From Octopus vulgaris (taxonomy: Eukaryota): DNA of 64,000 bases. Numbering within the stretch: the first letter of the stretch is position 1; the number at the start of each line of letters is the position of its first letter. The notes under the pieces were generated by a model. It ran no database searches. It saw only the letters and a program-made list of their open reading frames with translations, and was not told where the DNA came from. Made by a program: the position numbers and the translations under genes. Location: positions 58,404,001-58,468,000 of the forward strand of contig OX597818.1 of assembly GCA_951406725.2 (NCBI GenBank), written 5' to 3'. Below are positions 1 through 9,666 of this stretch, in pieces.

Positions 1-61
1 ATTATTACACAATGTAACAAATTTTAGTTTCTCTCTTTGCTTAGTAAGTGTTATTTCCTAT

Positions 62-452
62 GTGGAGGCGCAATGGCCCAGTGGTTAGGGCAGCGGACTC
101 GCGGTCATAGGATCGCGGTTTCGATTCCCAGACCGGGCGTTGTGAGTGTTTATTGAGCGAAAACACCTAAAGCTCCACGAGGCTCCGGCAGGGGATGGTG
201 GTGATCCCTGCTGTACTCTTTCACCAGAACTTTCTCTCACTCTTACTTCCTGTTTCTGTTGTACCTGTATTTCAAAGGGCCGGCCTTGCCACTCTCTGTG
301 TCACGCTGAATATCCCCGAGAACTACGTTAAGGGTACACGTGTCTGTGGAATGCTCAGCCACTTACGCGTTAATTTCATGAGCAGGCTGTTCCGTTGATT
401 CGGATCAACCGAAACCCTCATCGTCGTAACCGACGGAGTGCTTCCAAATCCA
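62..452 (+). mobile_element. tRNA-derived SINE, family A, full length (tail type 1)
   Basis: Head has A-box TGGCCCAGTGG and B-box GTTTCGATTCC. Near-identical copies at 38285 and 47740. Flanked by 9-bp direct repeat ATTTCCTAT (53-61 / 453-461). Confidence 0.85.
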
Positions 453-1104
453 ATTTCCTATATACTTCTATCTAGAAATCAAAGGAAGTGAATACTATTC
501 TCATCAAATTTTGGTCTTGTGACCTTGACACCAATCTCTAGAAACTCTACCATTTTCCATTAAAATTCAGACAGACTCAGTACTGAGTTGCTGAAGCAGA
601 AATGTCTATATAGCAAATATTCTGTTAAATATCATACATTTGCTTGACATTAACCACTTGAGCTTGTCCGTTGGTGGCTGACGACTTGAGTATCTCTGAT
701 CATGAAAGGGAGTAGTGGGGGTGCATCGTAGCCATGAGCTGAGGAGGATTCTTTGGAGTTTGAATGAATTTAACAAAGGCGAAGCTTGATGGAAAAATTA
801 ACCATTTTTCATACATTTTAGGGGTAAAAAGTAGAAAATATCAATTCTCACTCAAGAACTCATATTGTGTAACGGGGTGGGGTTATCTGTAATCCATATA
901 TGATGATGACATTCAGTAACTAAAATGACAGACATAAAGGCACACGTATACACGAGACCCACAAATGGTCTGAGTGTGTATGTATGTATGTATGCATGCA
1001 CGTATGTATGTATGTATATATACATATATGTATGTATGCATATATGTATGTATGTATATATGTATGTATGCATATATATATGTATGCATATAAGTATGCA
1101 TATA

Positions 1105-1146
<42 letters not shown>

Positions 1147-1209
1147 CCTACGTACTTATATATATAAAATAAGTCTAGGTGGTATACAAGTGAGTATATA
1201 TTTATAAAA

Positions 1210-1344
1210 AAGAAGTTTGAGAATGCCACTATATAAGATAAATTATAATTTTCTTAGAAAGATTGGATTTTTCAAGAAGAACCGAAACATGTAAAATTTC
1301 TAAGAAAATTAAAATTTATCTTATATAGTGGCGTTCTCAAACTT

Positions 1345-1347
<3 letters not shown>
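1210..1347. repeat. Fold-back element: ~51-bp inverted arms with a 36-bp spacer (probable truncated Penelope-like end)
   Basis: 1210-1260 is the reverse complement of 1297-1347 with about 2 mismatches. The spacer contains CCGAAACATGTA. (TA)n follows directly, and TA-rich sequence lies upstream. Confidence 0.75.
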
Positions 1348-1380
<33 letters not shown>

Positions 1381-1384
<4 letters not shown>

Positions 1385-2210
1385 GAGGCCGTCCAGTAGT
1401 GACTGCGGAAAACCATTGCTGATCTTCAGGAATATTGTGCACTCTGGGACTAACTGATATTTGGCACTTGCGGCTCCGTTGGTGGCTAATGAGCCATGTT
1501 TTTGACAATCTTACAAGACTGAAAACATTGCAGACCAAGCTTTCCCCATTCACTATACAGGCCGTGCGCCGTCGCGCAGCTCGCTTAAGTTCTTCATGTA
1601 GGATAGGTGTTCTCTCAAAAGTGTCGACACCCTCCTTAATCTGCTTCCTTCATCTATGGCGATGACAGGCATTGCTGTCCCAGTCAGTCTCCTGTATATT
1701 ACAGCCATTTAATGAGGAATTGACAGTGTCTATAAATCGCAGCCTTGGTTTCTACCGAGGTCTGTTTCCATTCACATGTTCCCCCTATAACATCTGCTCA
1801 GGGATCCTGCGATCCTTCATTCTAATAGGTGTCCAGTCCAAAGTAACCGGTGCTTTTGCAACATCGCCTAAATACTCAAGATATCAGCTGTTCTCAGGAC
1901 CCGTGTATCTGGAGTTTTTAAGGCCCAGCCAACATTCAGAACGTGTATGAGAATCTCTGATCAAAGCGTTCAAGAACGCTTTTTAAAAGGTCCCTGTCTC
2001 ACATGAGTAAAGGAGCGAAGTCAGTACAGATGCACAGTATACAATAATTTTTTTTTATGCATTTCTGGGACAAGACTCGAGACTGAAGAGACCGGAAGGA
2101 ATCAGTTACTCTCTGCAGTCTAAAAGATATTTCATCATCCAGGGAGAAAGAAAAGCTAAGGGTGCTGTTCAGCTAGATAAACATGTCTACCACTTTCAGA
2201 GTGTTTACTT
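1381..2210 (-). pseudogene. Degraded RTE-clade LINE, 3' part of the RT ORF
   Basis: Minus-strand frames give VNGNRPR-KPRLRFIDTVNSSL-GCNIQETDWDSNACHRHR-RKQIKEGVDTFE, SVLTSLLYSCET and a decayed C2H2 finger (LVCNVFSLVRLSKTWLISHQRS), typical of RTE/BovB C-termini. Stops and frameshifts present. Confidence 0.75.
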
Positions 2211-2417
2211 CAACCAAGATAGCTCGTTCGACATATGGATTTCCCGGTGCAGGCTGGAACATTACAACAGTCTTGTCTTCGGGCCGACCAAAGCCTTGTG
2301 ATTGGATTTGGTAGACGGAAACTGAAAGAAGCCCGCCGCAAAAATATTTTTAAAAAAAGGTGAAATTTTGGGAAAAATCGTAAATTCTGTTGGACAAATG
2401 TAGGAGCTTTTGCCATT

Positions 2418-2770
2418 TACTTATTACTTGTTTCCGTCATTGGATTGCGCCCATGCTAGGGCACCGCCTTAAATGGTTATTAGGGGAACAAATCGACCTC
2501 AGTAGTTATTTTTTTTAAAGTGAAGTCCTTATTCTTTCGGTTACTTTTGCCGAACCACTAAGTCACGAGGCGTAAACAAAACAACGCCGACTGTCCATCG
2601 GGGCATGGGTAGGAAACGTAGACACAAAAGGACGCATGCACATACGCACGCATGCACATTCACACACACACACATACACACCATATACACATGTGCACAA
2701 CGGGCATCCGTACAGTTTCCCTCTAAGAATTTTACTTACAAAGCATTTGTCAGCCTGGAGATTTAGTAGA
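2418..2770 (-). mobile_element. Diverged SINE family B fragment (a + strand head fragment also lies at ~2235-2338)
   Basis: Similar to family B consensus (ccatgctagggcaccgcc, ttttgccgaaccactaag; gggccgaccaaagccttgtg...gaaagaagcccg). Confidence 0.6.
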
Positions 2771-2899
2771 GAACGCATCGATGTTTGGTGAAATGTTTAA
2801 AATCATAAAAATAAGCAACGAAAATTTGGGTCATGATAATTAACTAACTTAATCCGATATAAATAAAATAACATTATGATATATAATAATTTTTTTAAT

Positions 2900-3190
2900 A
2901 TTTATGTGCCCTTTTCAAGCCTAGCCAGGCTCATGGGCCCGGTTTCCCGGTTTCTGTGCCGTATGTATTCTCCCCAGCTGGACGGTTTCTGTGCCGTATG
3001 TATTCTCTCCAGCTGGACGGGACGCCAGTCCATCGCGGCGTTACTCCAGAAACAGGAAGAAAGAGTGAGAGAAAATTGGCACGGAGCCCCGTGGAACTTT
3101 AGATGTTTTCGCTCTGGTCTGGGAATCGAGAAACCGCGATCCTTCGACCGCGTGTCCGCTGCCCTAACCACTGGGCCATTGCGCCTCCAT
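2900..3190 (-). mobile_element. SINE family A with alternative tail (type 2), internally deleted
   Basis: Same tRNA-like head as 62-452. The tail gatggactggcgtcccgtccagctgg...gaaaccgggcccatgagcctggctaggcttgaaaaggg is partly shared with 51739-52015. Confidence 0.8.
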
Positions 3191-3656
3191 ATACACAATC
3201 ATACCAATAAGAAATATTTCGCCTCTGGTTATATTTAATATATTCATGATATATAATATGTTAACTTTGAATTTGGATAATGCAATTCAGCTGTCCTTTC
3301 TGTAGCCAAGTCCATTTATGGCCTAAACTGCTTAAAACATTTCCAGCATTTTAATTGTTGGAAATATTGTAATCTCCATGGCAACCCCAGGTACTATTAT
3401 GATTTTGAAATCGAAAGAGACGTTATTCCTTCCAACGTCTGCAGCCGGTTTTCGTGGAAACAAAGCTAAGTAATTTGCAGCAGAGGAAATTCAATATTAA
3501 TTTTATTTTCACGATTAAACATCGTACATCATACTTATTGCGTTACTATAGTAACAGACACGTAAGAGAGGATACATAGTTTCGACTTTTGACTGAATTC
3601 AACACTGTCAGGTAAAGATATGTGGGATGATTACGTAAAAGAATAACATTTATCTA

Positions 3657-3880
3657 TACTCTTTTACTTGTTTCAGTCATTTGACTGTGGCCATGCTGGA
3701 GCACCGCCTTCTACTCGAGCAAATCGACCCCATGACTTATTCTTTGTAAACCTAGTACTTATTCTATCGGTCTCTTTTGCCGAACCACTACGTTACGGGG
3801 GACGTAAACACACCAGCATCAGTTGTCAAGCAATGTTGGGGGTAGAAACACAGACACACAAACAAATACACACACGTACA

Positions 3881-3924
<44 letters not shown>

Positions 3925-4093
3925 TATATACGACGGGCTTCTTTCAGTTTCCGTTTACAAATCCACTCACAAGGCTCTGGTTAGCCAGAGGCTATAGTAG
4001 AAGACACTTGCCGAAGGTGCCACTCAGTGTGACTTTACTCGGAACGATTTGGCTGGTAAGCAAGCTACTTACCACACAGCCACTCCTACGCCT
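3657..4093 (-). mobile_element. tRNA-derived SINE family B (internal (CA)/(TA) microsatellite)
   Basis: Head with TGGCTGTGTGG A-box, CORE-like ggcaagtgtctt segment, tail ...gactgaaacaagtaaaagag. About 10 copies in the window. Confidence 0.85.
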
Positions 4094-4672
4094 ATCTCAA
4101 ATATACCGATATTATTATTATAAGAGCAACAGAAGAGATGATTTACATAGTAAAGTTTTGAGTCTATGTAAGTTGGTATGTTTTGCTTTGTAATGCTAAG
4201 ATCAACGTCCTTTGTGGAAACATTGACTTAATCATTTGCCGTCGATTAAATTAGTTTAGCTCGCATTCTGCAAACCAATGATGAATGTTGATACATTATT
4301 GACAATTTAATTCAAGCGTCATAAATAAAGTATTCCTTGAATCTATGTTTCATCTATACAGTTCTATGTATGGTTATTAATAATCAGATATCGAACGTTT
4401 AAATTTAATAATGTCCGTAAATTCATTTCTTAAATGGAGTCTAATTCATAAGTGCTGACAGTCTTATATAGTTGTCTCCAAATTTTATTTCTGCACCTTA
4501 ATTATCTGTCCGACGATAAGTCCACCATTTTGATTTCATATTAATAGCATAAAAAAATAAGAATGAAATCAAGGACTAACGTGAAATCCCAAGCTTATGT
4601 TGATGTCTAAATACTTTTTCTTTGACAGTGTAAAAATCATATGATTTTTCCCGAATATCCATGCAATAAAGA

Positions 4673-5250
4673 GTGGCGAGCTGGCAGAAACGTTAGCACG
4701 CCGAGTGAAATGCTTAGCCGTATTTCGTCTGCCGTTACGTTCTGAGTTCAAATTCCGCAGAGGTGGACTGTGCCTTTCATCCTTTCAGGGTCGATAAATT
4801 CAGTACCAGTTACGCACTGGGGTCGATGTAATCGACTTAATCCATTTGTCTGCCCTTGTCTGTCCTCTGTGTTTAGTCCCTTGTTGGTAGTAAAGAAATA
4901 GGTATTGCGTCTGCTGTTACGTTCTGAGTTCAAATTCCGCCGAGGTCGTCTTTGCCTTTCATCCTTTTGGGGTCGATAAATTAAGTACCAGTTACGCACT
5001 GGGGTCGATATAATCAACATAATCCGTTTGTCTGTCCTTGTTTGTCCTCTTTGTTTTTAGACCCTTTCGGTAGTAAAGAAATAGGTATTTCATCTGCCTT
5101 TACGTTCTGGGTTCAAATTCCGCCGAGGTCGACATTGCACTATATCCTTTCGGGGTCGATAATTAAGTACCAGTTGCGTACTGGGATCGATCTAAACAGC
5201 TGGGACCTTCTCCAAAGATTTCTGGCCTTGTTCTTAGCGTAGAGAAGTAT
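4673..5250 (+). mobile_element. SINE family C, tandem trimer
   Basis: One head (ggcgagctggcagaaacgttagcacgcc) followed by three ~180-bp units with gagttcaaattccgccgaggtcgactttgcctttcatcctttcggggtcgataaa (Nin/Deu-domain-like). Confidence 0.85.
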
Positions 5251-5271
5251 ATTCATGCTATGAATATAATA

Positions 5272-5835
5272 TTGGGTTGTCCAAAAATTACGTGCTGATT
5301 TTTAAAGGAAAGAAAAAGGTCAATAAATACTTGCCATTACCTTTTTAATCGACCAAATACGAACCATTTTGTTGCACAATGCGTCTCCATCTTTCCTTTA
5401 ACTTGTAAATAGCCCTTCCCAGAATTGAGGTGGTTTCATCGCAAAGAATTAATCAAGGTATTTTTTACGTCATTCAAAGAATTGAAATATTTACCATTAA
5501 GACTATTCTGCACAGACGTGGATAAGTGGAAATCCAAAGGAGCAATATCTGGTGAATATGGAGGGTGGCGGAACACATCCCAATGGAGCTGCAGCAATTT
5601 TTGTCTGGTTCTCAAAGCATCAAGTGCCGAAAATGAACTTTCTTATCTTCCATTTTAAAGGGTTACAAAATCAACACAGGTTATAGGAACATAAACCTCC
5701 TTCCACGAAAAGATAGCTTGAACTGCGCTCTAATTGGAGGTGTAGTCAAATCCTATTTTATGGACGCAACAATGTTCTAAAATAAGTATCAATGTAAGCT
5801 ACTATAAATCGGCATGAACTTTCCAGACAACCTAA
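5272..5835 (-). mobile_element. Internally deleted mariner transposon
   Basis: Imperfect ~30-bp TIRs (ttgggttgtccaaaaattacgtgctgattt / aaatcggcatgaactttccagacaacctaa) flanked by TA. Minus strand encodes WDVFRHPPYSPDIAPLDFHL, the mariner YSPDLAPxD motif. Confidence 0.85.
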
Positions 5836-6931
5836 TATTTGCTCAGATAACTTGAATACTGGTGCTAAAACAATTGTTACCGTTTTCTGGCAAAATTGTT
5901 CCTTTGCGTCGATTTCCTCTTCTTTTTATATTATCCTTCTCTCATAAAAATGTTAAAATGAAATTATACTATCTTCTATTGCTAAACAACGTATATGGGC
6001 CATGCGTATTGTGTACAATTGAATATTATCAGGAAAAAATAGTATCTCGTGATATGAATTATAGAATTTCGAATATAGTTGACATATGTTATAGCTTACG
6101 AATAGAAAGAGTTAGCTTTGCAAATTCAATCAGTTTCGAAATATATTTCTGTTGCCCAATATTCGTAAAAGGTTTAGAAAACTGAAAGCCAAGTATACTT
6201 CACTTATATGATATAACGAATCTCAAATTTCATATCAGAATTCAATAAGCATAACAACATATTTTACTTCACTCGCTTCGAGTTCCTCTTCATACATATA
6301 TATACATATACACACATCTGCATATACATACATACATACATACATTTATATCAGTGAGATTGTTCGCGTGTGTGTATGTCTATGATTACATAATCGTGTA
6401 TATTTTTATTCTTTTTCAGAATGGAGTTACAACTAGAATATTATATTTCTTCAAGGCAGCTAGTGTATGCGAACCATTAAAAAAAATGTCTTAAATCAAA
6501 ATTGAAATGTAATCAATCTCTGCTCTGACATAAATGACTTCTGAAGACATTAATTAAATTACTGAAAAGTTATGCAATATGCATAATATTCACTCTTATT
6601 TTCTCTTCGTCTCTACTTTATTTGCATTGCAAATTTTTATAATGCTTTTCATTCAAATGCTACACGTCAATCATGCAACCCCGACTTCGTATAGTCACGG
6701 TGGAAAACATGCACGGATCTTTCATAAAAAGATAAATACACGTTCATATATTTATGTGTATTTGTGTGTGTATATGTATGTGTATGTATACGTACATACT
6801 GGCAGCCATGTATATATATTTATATATATTTGTATATATACACAAACACACTCACACACGTTCACGCACACACGCATATATATATACAAATATATACACA
6901 CACACATATATATATATATATACATTTGTGT

Positions 6932-6972
<41 letters not shown>

Positions 6973-7030
6973 TATATATATAATTATGTGTGTGTGTGTG
7001 TGTGCGTGAGCGTGTGTGTATGTATGAAAG

Positions 7031-7075
<45 letters not shown>

Positions 7076-8203
7076 TTGCTAGTTTGTACATATACATTTA
7101 CACAACTATACACATACACACAGGTACGCATAAATATATGAGCGTGTATTTATCTATTTTATATATATACGTGACCTTTGTAGTTCGCTTGAAGCATTGT
7201 GTATAGTTTGTATAGAAGAAAAAGGAGAAAAAAGACATGGCCGACCTCACACACTTCTCATGAGGAATTCCGGAAGGAACATTGGGAGACCACTGCTAAA
7301 ACGCCCCTCCCGCCAAAAGAATAATAATAAAGAAAAGGCGTTGGAAAAGCGATTATAGCAGCGACTTATCCAAGAAAATCTGAAGCAAGAATATTATTCC
7401 GAAATATCATATCAGACAATGGATGACTAAATTACAACAGCTATATGTATCTAGGACTACACAGGCACAAGATCACATAATTTTGTATGGAAGATATAAC
7501 TGATTAGAACAACTCCTGTATTTGACTTGTTCTTATTTTATCCAGGAGGATGTGGATGATGTGGACTTAAATCCCAACAGTGGATTCTGCTCATCATTGT
7601 CATTTCCATCATCATCATCATCATCTGCAGCAGCAGCATCCTCTTTCTCCTCCTCTTCCTCTCAGTAACAATTCAATGAACTGGATTTATTTTGGGGACC
7701 CAAATAATATCAAATGAGGTTAGCCAAGCATTTTCCTTTGCATTTTCCAAGCCAATAACATGTTATGATACAGAGTCTTAGAGTAGCTGTCCACCGAAGT
7801 TCCATATAATATGGGAATGAAAAAGGAAAAGAAGGAAAATACAATGTTACTAAAACAAAGACACATTCACAAGTAGACAAACAAATGGTTTGATTAGGGT
7901 ATAATCAATTTGGCGAGGAAACTAAAGAGAAAATATTACGACGATGACCACCACAGATCTACAATGGAAGAATTCACCACGTGTAGTTGAGGGTAAAAGA
8001 AATCGTTGAACGACAGTAAGTACGTCCAAAATTTATAAAGCAGTGACATACATACATACATAGATACTTGTAGCACACATGTATATACGTGCAGAGTGAA
8101 AATAAATCACACTATTTAATGTGACGGACTACACTGCAAAAAAATCAAAAATTTCATTTCTGTTTACAAACTTTCTCCGTGTCTATACGCACAAATACTT
8201 TTA

Positions 8204-8317
8204 TGTATACACACGCAATATTTAAGAAAAAAAGGAATATACACAAAAAAGAACGAAACATGTGTATATACACACGCAATATTTAAGAACAAGGAATATA
8301 CACAAAAAAGAACGAAT
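8204..8317 (+). repeat. Two ~57-bp tandem units in the putative LINE 5' UTR
   Basis: tacacacgcaatatttaagaa..aaggaatatacacaaaaaagaacgaa occurs twice just upstream of ORF1. Confidence 0.7.
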
Positions 8318-8380
8318 CAAAAACAAATATTTTATATTTTACTTTTATAGTATTGTTGTTTACATTCTCTGTCTCTACGG

Positions 8381-9610
8381 ATGACCAGAACCAACAGAAT
8401 CGCCATGGTGAAATCCATAGCGGCGTGCGATAAGACTGGTCGCTGCTCTAAAATAGAACACTGCCCAGAAAATCACACCTGCCACATCTGTACGGAACCC
8501 GAAAATACGTTCCGTAATCGCTGGGTCGAATGTGGGACATGTCTCATCTCTGTCTGCCTCCAATGTGCCACGGACTTTCAGAAGATCCCAGGCCAAAAAA
8601 AGAGCCATCATAATGCTATGATGGATAGACTCTGGAAGATGGTTCAGCTTAAATCTTGGACTTTTCAGTGTCAGGCCTGCGTGCCTCCACAACCGACGAT
8701 TGTGTCTCCCCCTGCCACTCCCGTGGAGGAGGCGGAACAGCAACAGCAGCAACAACAAAATCAACCACAACCAGAGCAGCAGCAACAACAACAGCAACAA
8801 CAACAGCAGCAGCAACAACTAGAGCAGCAGCAGCAGCAACAACAAAATCAACCACAACCAGAGCAGCAGCAACAACAAAATCAACCACAACCAGAGCAGC
8901 AGCAACAACAACATCAACAACAACAACAGCAACAACAAAATCAACCACAACCAGAGCAACAGCAGCAACAACAACAACACCAATTGACCAGTGCGGTTCT
9001 TGCAGAACTGCAACAATCGATCTGTGCTTTAAAAGGGGAAGTAGCAGGAATAAAAGCAACCATTCAGGTTGGACTCCACAATGAGGGGTCTTATCGGAAT
9101 GCTCTGCTAAAGAACCTCCCTGTACCTGTACCTCTTGTCGCATTTAAGACCGCGGATTCTGCCACCCATGAAGTCATTGCCATTGGGGTGCCAGAAGACA
9201 TGGCTGATCTTCAGGCTTTTGCTGCCAACTCAGCCAAAGACCTAGGCTGCGTTCCCCCAACGGGTGCTATCCGCCTTGGACGACCTGGCCCAAAACCTAG
9301 GCTCATCAAGTTGTCTTTTACGGACCCCACTGAGGCAACCTCTTACCATCTGGCCTCAGTTAAAGCTGGGCGGGAAAATCGGACCACCTTCCGAACACGC
9401 CCAGGCTTACCATCCGATGTACGCCCAAAGCTACGTGTAGTGGCTTCCCTGAATAGGAACTCAGCTCTACAGGAAAGCTTCAGTCTTCGGGAAGATGGAC
9501 AAATCTGGAGATTTGTCAAGACTGCTGAAACGTGGAAGAGAGATACCAGCTGGTCTGAGTGCTCTCTACCCACAATAACTAAAAAAACTACAGCAACTCA
9601 GGGGAACTAA
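8381..9610 (+). CDS. LINE ORF1 protein: PHD-like Zn finger, polyQ tract, coiled coil, RRM/CTD-like region (409 aa)
   Basis: CHIC...WVECGTC...CLQC...FQCQAC. Heptads in LAELQQSICALKGEVAGIKATI. AIRLGRPGPKPRLIKLSF is typical of CR1/L2 ORF1. Confidence 0.85.
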   Translation: MTRTNRIAMVKSIAACDKTGRCSKIEHCPENHTCHICTEPENTFRNRWVECGTCLISVCLQCATDFQKIPGQKKSHHNAMMDRLWKMVQLKSWTFQCQACVPPQPTIVSPPATPVEEAEQQQQQQQNQPQPEQQQQQQQQQQQQQQLEQQQQQQQNQPQPEQQQQQNQPQPEQQQQQHQQQQQQQQNQPQPEQQQQQQQHQLTSAVLAELQQSICALKGEVAGIKATIQVGLHNEGSYRNALLKNLPVPVPLVAFKTADSATHEVIAIGVPEDMADLQAFAANSAKDLGCVPPTGAIRLGRPGPKPRLIKLSFTDPTEATSYHLASVKAGRENRTTFRTRPGLPSDVRPKLRVVASLNRNSALQESFSLREDGQIWRFVKTAETWKRDTSWSECSLPTITKKTTATQGN

Positions 9611-9666
9611 GCCAGAACAACCTGCCATCCTCTACACACCATCATAAACTGCGAGCAGGGTACAAA

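Noticed and set aside
62-140. tRNA-like sequences at SINE heads
   Set aside because: The acceptor stems are incomplete and the sequence continues into the SINE body, so they are not tRNA genes.
146-331. Recurrent 61-aa [17 protein letters not shown]... (also 38369, 47840)
   Set aside because: It lies inside SINE A copies and starts at GTG. Recurrence reflects copy identity, not coding function.
7530-8025. Possible host exons (pyrimidine tract + AG at ~7545; GTAAGT at ~8016)
   Set aside because: Splice-like motifs alone are insufficient, and no supported reading frame exists.
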